NCBI GenBank assembly: GCA_964577955.1
Contig: CAZOAZ010000001.1
Location: 116,357-180,356 of the forward strand
Source of the DNA: an uncultured Bifidobacterium sp.
GTDB lineage: Bacteria; Acidobacteriota; Vicinamibacteria; Vicinamibacterales; CAVVIG01
Direction: 5' to 3'
Length of the DNA stretch: 64,000 bases
Made by a program: the position numbers and the translations under genes. Below, in pieces: positions 7,029 to 16,467 of this stretch. The notes below the pieces were generated by a model. That model was not told where the DNA came from, made no database searches, and worked only from the letters and a program-made list of their open reading frames with translations. Position 1 is the first letter of the stretch. Every line of letters begins with the position of its first letter.

Positions 7029-9710
7029 ATGCCTCTCAGTTCGGGCGCTCGTCTCGGCCCTTACGAAATCGTCGCACCACTCGGGGCCGGGGGAATGGGC
7101 GAGGTGTACCGAGCCCGCGACACACGGCTTGGGCGCGACGTTGCGCTGAAGGTCCTCGCGGCGCACGTCACCGCCGACGCCGATCGGATGCGCCGCTTCG
7201 CGCAGGAAGCGCGCTCGGCCGCGGCGCTCAATCACCCGAATATCCTGGCCGTCTTCGACGTCAGCGCGGACGGTACAACACCCTATCTGGTCAGCGAACT
7301 CCTCGAGGGCCACTCGCTGCGCGAGCTCCTCGAGTCCGGTCCGTTGCCGCCGCGTCGCGCCGTGGACTACGCGGTGCAAATCGCCCGCGGCCTCGCGGCG
7401 GCGCATGAGAAAGGGATCGTTCACCGCGATCTCAAGCCCGAGAACCTGTTCATCACGAGCGACGGACGCGTCAAGATTCTCGACTTCGGGCTGGCCAAAG
7501 TGATGAGCACCGAATCGCGTGGCGCCGAAACGACGCTGGCGACAGCGGCGCCAGGGACCAACCCTGGTGTCGTGATGGGCACCGTCGGCTACATGGCCCC
7601 AGAGCAGGTCCGCGGCCAGGCGGTCGATCATCGCGCCGATCTGTTTGCCTTCGGCGCAGTCCTGTACGAAATGCTGACCGGCCGTCGCGCCTTTCAGCGG
7701 GACACCTCGGCCGAGACGATGACCGCGATCCTGAAGGAGGAACCGCCCGCGGTTCCCGAAAGCGGCGGACAGGTGTCACCAGGCTTGCAGCGGATCGTGG
7801 CGCATTGTCTCGAAAAGCAACCGTCGCTGCGATTCAAGTCGGCTGACGATCTCGCCTTTGCTCTCGACGCCCTGTCATCGTCAACGCTCACGCCCGCGGC
7901 GGGGGCCGCGGCTGCCGTTGCCACGGAACCGGCGCGACGGAGTCGAAGCGCGGTCGTCGCGGTCGCGGCCGCCATGCTCGCCGCGCTCGTGGCTGCGGCG
8001 GTGACGTGGTCATTCCGTCCGCCGCCGGTCGCGCCGCAGGTGTATCGGTTCAACATCACGCCGCCGCCGGACTGGCGCTTCGCGGTCCCGGCGGCGCCGG
8101 ATTCGCCGCTCGCCGTCTCGCCTGACGGACGGTCGGTCGTCGCACTCGGCATCAATGGCAAAGGTCAGACGGCGCTCTGGCTGCGAAATTTCGACGCCTT
8201 CGAATCACGGGTCCTGGCTGGAACCGAAGGCGCCGGCAACACGTTCTTCTGGTCGCCGGACAGCCGCTCACTGGCGTTCATGGCCCGGGGTAAGTTGTCG
8301 CGGCTCGATCTCGCAACCGGAGCGGTGACTTATCTCGCCGACGTTGGCGGTGGCTCACTTGGCGGCGCCTGGAACCGCACCGATCAGATCCTCATCGCGT
8401 CCTACGCCGGCTTCTACCGGCTACGCGCGAGCGGGGGGACGCCCGAGCGTGAGCAGACGCTGGCGGCCGACGAAACGCTCCTCACGAATCCAATTTTTTT
8501 TCCTGACGGCGAGCATTACCTGATATCCGTCACGCTGGGGAACGAGATCCGTGCCGGCGCGCCGAAGGCCATCGACATCGCCAAGCTCGGCGAGGCCAAA
8601 CGGACGCGTCTCCTGACCGCCGAGCAGTTCGCCGTGCCGGTCGCCGTGGCGGCCGGCCACATGCTGTTGATGCGCGGCAATCGGCTCGTCGCGCAGAAGT
8701 TCGACGACCGGTCGTTCGCGTTGAGCGGCGATCCGGTCACGATCGCAGATCGCGTTCAACTGATTGCCACCCGTCCTTATCCGGTGCTGTCGGCTGAGGC
8801 GGGCGGCGGGCTCGCCTATGTCGCGGAACAGCAGGCGGTGCTGCATCAGCTCGCCTGGTACGACCGCACCGGTAAGCGGCTGTCGAACATCGGCGAACCA
8901 GGCGATTACTCGAATCTCGACCTCTCACCGGACGGCACTCGGCTCGCCGTTGCGGTCATGGAACCCGGGCAGCGCACCCGCGACATCTGGACGTTCGATC
9001 TGACACGCGGCGTCCGGACCCGGTTTACCTTCGGCACCGGTGAAGAGCGAACCGCGGTGTGGTGGCCGGACGGCAACCGGCTGATTTACAACTCACAGCG
9101 CAAGACGACCGAACGTGAGCTGTACGACAAGCTGGCCGACGGCACCGGGAGCGAGCGGGTGCTGCTCGCCGACGGTTTGAGCAAGGATCCGCTGGGCGTA
9201 TCGCCAGACGGCAAGGTGCTGCTCTATCGCGAGAGCGGCCGCAATGGCAACGACGTCATGGCGATGCCGTTCGACGGCAAGCCGTACCCGATTGCGGCGA
9301 CGCCGGCCGACGAGTCGCTGGGCAAGTTCTCCCCGGACGGACGCTGGATTGCCTACACCACAACCGAGACCGGACAACGTGAAATCTACGTTGTCCCGTC
9401 CTCGCCCGAGGTTGGCGGCCGCTGGCAGATCTCGACCAATGGAGGCGATACGCCGCGCTGGCGCGGCGACGGGCGCGAACTGTATTTCGTGGGCCAGGAC
9501 CTGACGATCATGGCGACGACCGTCGACGGCTCAGGGCCGGGCTTCCGAATCGGCGCGACGACTCCGCTCTTCAACGTCCCGCTCGCGCGCCAGATCGGTT
9601 ATCAATACTCCGTCGCCCGCGACGGCCAGCGCTTCATCGCCAACGTCGAGTCTGCTGCCAGCGCCTATCAGATCGTCGTCGTCTCCGACTGGCGGACGAT
9701 GATCAAATGA
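7029..9710 (+). CDS. Ser/Thr protein kinase with a TM segment and a C-terminal TolB-like WD40 beta-propeller
   Basis: LGAGGMGEVYRARD, VALKVL, HRDLKPENLF, DFGLAKV, GTVGYMAPEQ. Then an Ala-rich TM helix and repeated SPDG...LAF/YS propeller blades typical of TolB-like domains. Confidence 0.9.
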   Translation: MPLSSGARLGPYEIVAPLGAGGMGEVYRARDTRLGRDVALKVLAAHVTADADRMRRFAQEARSAAALNHPNILAVFDVSADGTTPYLVSELLEGHSLRELLESGPLPPRRAVDYAVQIARGLAAAHEKGIVHRDLKPENLFITSDGRVKILDFGLAKVMSTESRGAETTLATAAPGTNPGVVMGTVGYMAPEQVRGQAVDHRADLFAFGAVLYEMLTGRRAFQRDTSAETMTAILKEEPPAVPESGGQVSPGLQRIVAHCLEKQPSLRFKSADDLAFALDALSSSTLTPAAGAAAAVATEPARRSRSAVVAVAAAMLAALVAAAVTWSFRPPPVAPQVYRFNITPPPDWRFAVPAAPDSPLAVSPDGRSVVALGINGKGQTALWLRNFDAFESRVLAGTEGAGNTFFWSPDSRSLAFMARGKLSRLDLATGAVTYLADVGGGSLGGAWNRTDQILIASYAGFYRLRASGGTPEREQTLAADETLLTNPIFFPDGEHYLISVTLGNEIRAGAPKAIDIAKLGEAKRTRLLTAEQFAVPVAVAAGHMLLMRGNRLVAQKFDDRSFALSGDPVTIADRVQLIATRPYPVLSAEAGGGLAYVAEQQAVLHQLAWYDRTGKRLSNIGEPGDYSNLDLSPDGTRLAVAVMEPGQRTRDIWTFDLTRGVRTRFTFGTGEERTAVWWPDGNRLIYNSQRKTTERELYDKLADGTGSERVLLADGLSKDPLGVSPDGKVLLYRESGRNGNDVMAMPFDGKPYPIAATPADESLGKFSPDGRWIAYTTTETGQREIYVVPSSPEVGGRWQISTNGGDTPRWRGDGRELYFVGQDLTIMATTVDGSGPGFRIGATTPLFNVPLARQIGYQYSVARDGQRFIANVESAASAYQIVVVSDWRTMIK

Positions 9711-9779
9711 GGTTGGCAGGGCGGGCGGGGCTGGCAGGCAGCAGCGACATCGGTAGGGACAGCCTTTAGGCTGTCCGAC
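9711..9779. repeat. G-rich tract followed by a REP-like palindrome of family B (CATCGGTAGGGACAGSCTTTAGSCTGTCC)
   Basis: ggttggcagggcgggcggggctggcaggcag ... catcggtagggacagcctttaggctgtccgac. Family B copies are at 28172-28202, 38591-38619, 34479-34508, 35241-35266 and 60892-60917. Partial copies are at 21721, 22750 and 37398. Confidence 0.55.
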
Positions 9780-10583
9780 TCAGTCCGGCATCGGACGTTC
9801 AACACGGTCGACGACGAGGACCTCGATCGGCGCTCTCGTCGACTCCAACTTCAATCCCAGCTGTTCCTGCACTGCCGTGAAGATATTGGGCGCACTCGCG
9901 TCGGTTGGCGCCGGCGCGCCGGCCGGCGCGGCCGGAGGTTCGGGCGTCCACGTGAGCTCCATGTCGTAGCGCCCGGTCAACTCGGTGCGATCGATGATCA
10001 CGCGGTTGACGATGGCCGCGAGCATCGGCAGCAGCTGCGCGACCGGCATGCCGCGCAGGTTCAACGCGTTGCGCGGGTTGGCGATGTTGGCGCACGGCCG
10101 CTGCTCGCGCAGATCGATCTCCGGATCGGGGCAAACGGTGGGACGCAGGCCGGGCGCTGATCCGACCGGACGGCCCACGACGAGCGCGTAGACCGGGAGT
10201 TCACGCTGCTCCCGGTGGACAGTGAGCTTGAAACGATCGGCGAGCAGCGTCTGCAGCATCCACAGAGCATCACGGACCGGCGTCGCCGGATCCGTGGCTC
10301 TGGCGGTCAGGTCGAAGCGATCGCGATCCAGCCACTCCGGGCCGCCGATGATCTGATCGTTCTGCAGTTGATACGCCGTCCGAATAATGAAGCGGAGCGG
10401 CACCGAGCGCGCGGTCAGCCGTCCACCAGGGAGGACGACGAACATCATCGCCGGATTCTCGGACGGCTTCACCGACGCGACCTCGAACTCCATCCGCGAC
10501 GGCGCCGGTCCGAGTCCCTGTGCCAGCACGAGGCCGGAACCGAGTGCGGCCAGCGCGACCGACATCCAAACACCTCTGAGCAT
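9780..10583 (-). CDS. Secreted protein of the Solibacter-type TIGR03435 family (uncharacterised)
   Basis: Signal peptide MLRGVWMSVALAALGSGLVLAQG, then ...MEFEVASVKPSENP..., which is characteristic of TIGR03435 as I recall it. The start is ambiguous (TTG 10604, ATG 10583 or ATG 10565). Confidence 0.6.
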   Translation of the reverse strand: MLRGVWMSVALAALGSGLVLAQGLGPAPSRMEFEVASVKPSENPAMMFVVLPGGRLTARSVPLRFIIRTAYQLQNDQIIGGPEWLDRDRFDLTARATDPATPVRDALWMLQTLLADRFKLTVHREQRELPVYALVVGRPVGSAPGLRPTVCPDPEIDLREQRPCANIANPRNALNLRGMPVAQLLPMLAAIVNRVIIDRTELTGRYDMELTWTPEPPAAPAGAPAPTDASAPNIFTAVQEQLGLKLESTRAPIEVLVVDRVERPMPD

Positions 10584-10600
10584 CTGCGGCAATTGTATTT

Positions 10601-10631
10601 CCAACCTCTGACCTCTGACCTCTGACCTCGA
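10601..10631. repeat. Heptamer microsatellite (CCTCTGA)x3.5 that fills the whole intergenic/5'UTR region
   Basis: ccaacctctgacctctgacctctgacctcgatc. On the coding (minus) strand this reads (GAGGTCA)n, i.e. repeated SD-like GAGGT motifs, just upstream of the TIGR03435 start. Confidence 0.6.
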
Positions 10632-11210
10632 TCAACTTCTTCCCGCCGTCCAGCGTATCGCTTGACGAATCTGACTCAGGAATCCGGCGTCCGTCCACGT
10701 TGATCCGAAGTGGCCGAGCGCGTTGTAGTACACGCGTCCGGTCCCCATCGTCTTTGTCCACGCGAGCGGATAGTCGCCACTCGCGCCGACGGATGCGGCG
10801 TCGAGCGTCAATAGCACGTGGACCGATGGCCGGGGATTCTCGCGGAAGGTGTAGAACTCGTCGAAAAGTTGAAACGACGCGCCGATGCCGGTGTGGATCG
10901 GGTGCGCGCGATCTTCGACCGCCACCCGCGCGGTCTGGGTCCACGGATGTTCCTTGAAATAGGCGCCCACGAGCGCGCCATACTCCGGCCAGCCGTACAA
11001 CGTGTCCGTGGCGCTGTGCGTGCCGATGAATCCATGGCCGCTGGATACGAAAGCAAGGAGCGAAGCCCGCTGCGCGGCCGTCAACGGCAGCTCGCCGGAG
11101 GTCATCGCGAAGAAGATCACATCGACCGACGCGAGGGCGGCAGTCTCGAATGCCGAGCATGCTGACAGTGTACGTTCCGAATCGTACGTTTGTCGCTCGG
11201 AGTCTGACAC
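10632..11210 (-). pseudogene. ThuA-like protein (type-1 glutamine amidotransferase-like), apparently truncated at the 5' end
   Basis: ...VDVIFFAMTSGELPLTAAQRASLLAFVSSGHGFIGTHSATDT...YYNALGHFGSTW matches the ThuA core. The first ~50-60 residues, including the KVLVF strand, are missing. The track ORF begins with a non-homologous MSDSERQTYDSERTLSAC. A repeat block lies upstream. Confidence 0.45.
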
Positions 11211-11352
11211 CCGAACGTCCTTAAACGCGGTGTGTCAGAGTCCGAGCGACGAGGTGGATGCTGGCCGTCAGAATCCGAGCGACCTGTCGGAGTCATGTAG
11301 ACGATCGGTGTCTGACACCCGGCGTCAGAAGCCTTGCCGGTGTCAGACACCG
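11190..11352. repeat. Block of short inverted and direct repeats (TGTCTGACACC / GGTGTCAGACA and CAGARTCCGAGCGAC x2)
   Basis: gtctgacaccc (11199), gtgtcagagtccgagcgac (11233), gtcagaatccgagcgac (11263), ggtgtctgacaccc (11301), ggtgtcagacaccg (11337). Confidence 0.5.
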
Positions 11353-11357
11353 ATCTT

Positions 11358-14207
11358 CTACTGGAGCTTCATTGCCTCGCTGAATGCCTGTGTCAGCGCC
11401 GGCACATCGGTATCCGCGTCCCGCCACAACGTCGCGAAGTTCTGATACGCCACGCGGGCGATCGCCGTCTCGCCCGACATTGCCAGCGCCCGTGCCCGCT
11501 GCAGTTGCGCCAGCGCGCCGACCGGGTCGCTGACGACGATGCCGCGATGGTCGAGGATGCGCTGGAATTCGGCGGCGGCCTCGGTGCCGTGGTGAAGGGC
11601 GAGGTAGGCGAGCCCGCGCACGTAGATCGGGTAGAGCGCGCCGAAGAACGTCGGCGTCGAGCACGGCGGCATGGCCAGCTCGTACGGAATCGTCGCCTTG
11701 AGCCATTCAATCGCCTTGGCCGGCTCGCGCCGGTTGATGGCGGTGAGTGCCCGCAGCGTCGGAATGTACGTCGAGCGAACCGCGGTGTCTTCCGGAAACC
11801 GTTTCTCGAGATCGGCCGCGAGCGCCAGCGGACGCGCGGTGTCGCCCACCAGCGCGAGCGCGAAGGCCGCCCCGTACTCGACATCCCGTCCCGTGGACAT
11901 CATCAGCGCCGCGGTGGCGGCGTGTCTGGCTTCGGCCGTGTTGCCGGCAAAGGCTTCCCAGAGCGAGCCGCCGGTTTCGTAAAGCGCCGCGATCTCGCGC
12001 TTGCCGACCTGCTGCGCGCCTTCAACCGCTCGCCGCAGCGTTTTCCGCGCCTGCTGCATCCGGCCGCCGTAGGCCAGCACGAAGGCTTCGCGATCCGTGA
12101 TCCAATCCTCGATGCCGGGCTTGCCGCGGTTGATCGCGACCTCGCGCTCCATCGCCGCGATGTCGCCTTTGAGGAAGGCGAGGTCGTAGCGTTGTAGCGA
12201 GAAGTCGGGCGTGTCGATGCCGCGCGTCGCCGCCTGGCGCATGGCGTTCTCGGCATCGTTGAAGCGGTTGAGGAACTGGCTATTGAACGCCAGCTCCAGA
12301 TAGCCGGCCGGGAAGTCCGGGTCCAGCGCGTTCTGCTTGCGCGCTTCCTCGATCGCCTTCTCGTAACGGCCGAGCGGCGGATAGACGAACGCCGCCAGCA
12401 GCGTATGCGGCACGATGTCGCGTGGATAGGTGCGGCTCCACAATTCGAAGGTCTGCTGCGCCCGCTCGATGTTGCCGGTGACCTGAAGATCGTAGTTCGC
12501 GGTGATGAAGAACTTCTCGCGATCGGTCGTCCGGTCGCGCAGCTCGAACGCCGCGGCCCCGCGCTCCGCCGAGAGCCCACGCTCGCCGACGAGATTGAAG
12601 GTGAAGCCGAGCATCGCGTGTGCCATCGCGAACTTCGGATCGATCTCGATCGCCCGGCCGAAGAGTCCGATCGCGGCCGGCAAATCGTTGACCGAGAAGA
12701 GCACCTTGAGCGCAGCACTGTACGCCTTCAGCGCTTCGAGCGATGGGGTTGACGCTTCCTCGAGCGGCTTGTCGTGTTCCTTGACCGTGGCCAGCGATTC
12801 GCCGACTTTCGTGCGGAAGCGGCTGGCGATGCGGCTCAGCGCGTTCAGCACTTCTTCCTTCCGCTCCGCCTGGATTTGCTCGGTGTCGATCACTTCGCCG
12901 GTCTTGCAGCTGGTGGCGCGGAGCCCGAGCACGTACTGCGTGCCGAGCGTGGTGATCGATCCGTCCAGCACCGCGGCGCTGGCGGTTCGGACGCAGATGT
13001 CGCGCGCGATCTCCGGCGTGAGGCGGGCATCGCCTGGCTGTCCCATGAGGCGAAGCGTCGCCTGGAGCCGTTCTTCGGAGACCAGGCTGAGGAACGGCGA
13101 CTGTTCGAGTTGGACCGTCAGCCCCTGGCGCAGCGTCCCGTCGAAGACGGCATCGCCGGTGGTGTTGGCGAAATCGGCGAGCACCAGAGTGTCCTTGTCG
13201 GTCAGCGTCGGTGCGCTGCGGCCGGCGATCAGAAACGCGCCGCCGACGCCGAGGAAGAGGAGCGCGGCCACGCCGGCCAGGATCCAGCGGCCGGTGTGAG
13301 ATGACGTTGGCTCGTGCGCCGCGATCGTCAGGCGGCCAGTGTCGGTGTTCCGCTTCAAGCGGCGCAGGTCGACGAGAATGTCCCCGGCGTGCTGATAGCG
13401 CATCGCCGTGTCCTTCTCGAGGCACTTCTCGATGATGTGCGCGAACTCGATCGGCAAGTGCGGATTGAGCTTTCTGACCGGCGTCAGCGGACGATTGAGA
13501 ATCGCGTCGGCCGTAGCCGGCCAGGTGTTGCCTTTGAACGGGAGCGCCCCGGTGGCCATCTCGTAGAGGACGACGCCGAACGAGAAGACATCCGTACGGG
13601 AGTCGAGCGCGAGGCCGCGGACTTGTTCCGGCGACATGTAGGCAATGGTGCCCATCAGCGCGCCGGTTTCGGTGAGGCTGGTGTCCGGCGAATGCGTCGG
13701 CTGATGGGTCAGATCGATCGCCGCGGCCTCGGCCGCCCACGTCGCCAGCCCGAAGTCGAGAATCTTCGGCCCGTGCGCGGTGACGAAGATGTTCGCCGGC
13801 TTGATATCGCGATGGATGATGCCGCGCGCGTGCGCAGCCTGCAGGCCGTCCGCGACCGCGATCGCCACATCGATCATCGCCGACACGGTCATCGAGCCGC
13901 GGCCGAGCGGCTGTTGGAGCGTTTCCCCTTCGAGGAACTCCATCGCGATGAACGGCGGGTCGGTGCCGACATCGTAGATCGTGCAGATGTTCGGGTGGTT
14001 CAGCGCCGAGGCGGCGCGGGCCTCGCGCTGGAACCGCTCGAGCGCGGGCGGGGAAGTGGCGTTCTTCTCGGTCAGCACTTTGATGGCGACGGTGCGTTCG
14101 AGACGCGTATCCCGCGCGCGGTAGACCTAGCCCATCCCGCCGGCGCCGAGCAGGGTGGTGATCTCGTATGGGCCGATGCGCGATCCGGTGGCCGGGGCGG
14201 TCAGCAC
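11358..14207 (-). pseudogene. Ser/Thr protein kinase with a TM segment and TPR repeats, interrupted by an in-frame TAG in the glycine-rich loop
   Basis: Track ORF 11358..14078 has [20 protein letters not shown], then a TM helix and TPR-like repeats. Upstream in the same frame from GTG 14207 I read [47 protein letters not shown]. The TAG at 14127-14129 (minus strand) replaces the expected Glu (GAG). The plus-frame track ORF (…AVDLAHPAG…) confirms the gacctagcc bases. Confidence 0.7.
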
Positions 14208-14222
14208 AACACGTCCTTGTCG

Positions 14223-14981
14223 TTAGAAAGTGCGAGTGATTCGGAATCCCGCCGGCGCCACGGCCAACGACCACGTGGCGTGCGGGCGTGGAGCGATCGC
14301 ATCCCGTTGCGCGGGCGCTGGGTTCGTATACCGCTCATAGTCGTGCGCCGCGCGCATCGGCTGCGAGAACAGCTGGAGCTCGGAGATCGCCTGGCCGATC
14401 CCGAAGGTGACGACGCCGTCGATGGCCGGCCGATTGAACCCGACGGATGTCGTGAGCCCGGCGGCAGCGTTGACCGACAGCGAGAGCAGGCGCGACTTCC
14501 AGGATCGTCCGTACGATTCCTCGCGCGCCGCCTGCTTCAGGAAGCGTTCCGCCGCTCTGAGCTTCGCGCGGCGTTCGATGGCGGTGTCGCCCGGCAGCGC
14601 GCGGAGTCGCGAGGCGAAACGTCCGGCCTGCAGCGGGAACACGACCTGGCCCGCGGCGCCGAGGGCTGAGGTGGCTGCGCCAATAAACAGATCCTGACGT
14701 GTGGATTCGTCGGTGCTCGCTGCAGCAGCGAGCGCCTGCCCGGCGGTTCCGGCGGTATAGGCCGCCAGCCAGCCGTACCACCAGCGATTGGCACCGGCCC
14801 GTCCCGCGTCGAGCGCTTCCTGGATGAAGGCGAGACGAGTGGAGACTTCACCGTCAGACGGCTCCGTCGACTGCGCCCGAACGGCGGGCGCGCCGAGTTG
14901 GATCATCAGAATCGCCGCTGCGACGCCGTACCAGGCTCGGCCCCTCGAAATTCGGACGCCGCGGCCAGGACCAAGGACCAT
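14223..14981 (-). CDS. Secreted hypothetical protein
   Basis: Signal peptide MVLGPGRGVRISRGRAWYGVAAAILMIQLGAPAVRAQS. Ala-rich, with no recognised domain. The track ORF extends to 15071. Confidence 0.5.
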   Translation of the reverse strand: MVLGPGRGVRISRGRAWYGVAAAILMIQLGAPAVRAQSTEPSDGEVSTRLAFIQEALDAGRAGANRWWYGWLAAYTAGTAGQALAAAASTDESTRQDLFIGAATSALGAAGQVVFPLQAGRFASRLRALPGDTAIERRAKLRAAERFLKQAAREESYGRSWKSRLLSLSVNAAAGLTTSVGFNRPAIDGVVTFGIGQAISELQLFSQPMRAAHDYERYTNPAPAQRDAIAPRPHATWSLAVAPAGFRITRTF

Positions 14982-15202
14982 GGCGATGCGAATCAGAAAA
15001 CGTCCTACAGGAGGGTTCCGAACAGCTCGGCCGTTCGGGGCCACCGCCGGGATTGACAGTGTTTGTCCCACAGCCCGTTAGACGGCCCTTGTACGGTTTT
15101 TCCGTAGAGCTCGTTAGAGCACTTCGGTGGCGTCCGGACTTCGCGTGGCGTCCGGCTTTAGCCGGACCTCATGAGACGTTCGTCTCTTGACTTGCTGACA
15201 TC

Positions 15203-16405
15203 GTGAGCCCAGGCTTGCCCCCCATGGCTGAAGCGGACGCACTCTGGATCTCGGACAACATTCGCGACTGGCACCGGAAGTTCGGCTTCATCCATGAGAC
15301 GAAGTTCACGACGCCGTCCAGCACGACCATCGAGCACCTCACCGGCAATGGCGACGCCGCGATCTGGACCGGCTGCTACCTGGCCGCGGAGGCGTTCCGT
15401 TATGCGATCAAGCCCACGCCCGCTGGCTTCGCCTATCTGAACGAGGCGCTGCGGCGGGTGCGCGACGTGTCGACCATGGTGCCGAGCGGGTTCATCACGC
15501 GGACGATCTTTCCGAAGATCACCGACCCTGACGACCCGGACTATCCGCTGTATCAGCACTTCTGGCTGGAAGAGCACCACTCGGAGCTCTTCGATGTCAA
15601 CTACAACGGCGTGCTGTCACAGTGGGTGGGGCATCCGACGCGGGATCAATACGCCGGCGTGCTGTTCGGCCTGGGCGTCACCTACGAGCTGATCACCGAC
15701 GCGGGTGTCCGCGCCATCTGCAAGGACACGATCACGCACCTCATCCGCGGCCTGATCGATCACGCCTGGATCATGAGCACGCCTGGTCATCCGTTTCAGG
15801 AGACGTACCTCATTCGTCCGGATCACCTGCTGAGCGTGCTGCAGCTCGGGAAGTACGTCAATCCCTCAGAATTCGCCTCGACCTACGACATCACACGGTT
15901 CATGTTGTCGTGGGCGGTGGGGCTGCCCATCTGGTACGACTGCCTCAACGTGCGCGAGCAGTACTACAAGTTCAATCTCGACTATCTCTATTGCTACAAC
16001 CTGATTCATTACGAGTCCAGCGCGTCGCAGAAGAACAAGTACCTGCAGAAATATCAGCGCCTGCGGACAACGACGAAACAGCATCTGAACGCGCACTTCA
16101 ACATGATCGACCGCGCGCTGACCGGCCCGGACGCGACCCGCGATGCCGAGACGCTGGTGCTCCTCGACCAGCTGTGGTCGCGCGGCTTCCGGGATCTCTG
16201 TTCGGCGAATCTGCCGTCGTACCCGTTGTGTGGCGGCGAAGCATGCGATCCGATTCCGCCCGTGGACCGGCCGTATACGGATTTCATGTGGCAGCGCAGT
16301 CCGTTCCATGTCGATTGCGTCGCGGACGGGAGCAAGGAATCAGCCGGTATCGACTACATCCTGCCGTACTGGATGGCGCGGTATTTTGGCTTGACCGCCG
16401 TCTAG
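15203..16405 (+). CDS. Hypothetical cytoplasmic protein (400 aa, rich in Trp/Tyr/His), unrecognised family
   Basis: A clean ORF with non-Arg-rich composition. GC is slightly lower (~60%) than its surroundings. Confidence 0.6.
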   Translation: MSPGLPPMAEADALWISDNIRDWHRKFGFIHETKFTTPSSTTIEHLTGNGDAAIWTGCYLAAEAFRYAIKPTPAGFAYLNEALRRVRDVSTMVPSGFITRTIFPKITDPDDPDYPLYQHFWLEEHHSELFDVNYNGVLSQWVGHPTRDQYAGVLFGLGVTYELITDAGVRAICKDTITHLIRGLIDHAWIMSTPGHPFQETYLIRPDHLLSVLQLGKYVNPSEFASTYDITRFMLSWAVGLPIWYDCLNVREQYYKFNLDYLYCYNLIHYESSASQKNKYLQKYQRLRTTTKQHLNAHFNMIDRALTGPDATRDAETLVLLDQLWSRGFRDLCSANLPSYPLCGGEACDPIPPVDRPYTDFMWQRSPFHVDCVADGSKESAGIDYILPYWMARYFGLTAV

Positions 16406-16420
16406 GATCGGTCAGGCGCA

Positions 16421-16458
16421 CGAATTAACAATTGACAATAGTCAATTGTCAATTCGAG
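16421..16458. promoter_or_regulatory. AT-rich imperfect palindrome containing TTGACA motifs (putative promoter/operator of the VOC gene)
   Basis: cgaattaacaattgacaatagtcaattgtcaattcg lies 10-47 bp upstream of the ATG at 16468. It is a sharp low-GC island. Confidence 0.45.
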
Positions 16459-16467
16459 AATCCGCCC

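Noticed and set aside
12280-14274. 664-aa minus-strand ORF, and 13314..14669 (+) 451-aa ORF
   Set aside because: They are out-of-frame or antisense to the kinase gene 11358..14207 and are extremely Arg/Gly-rich.
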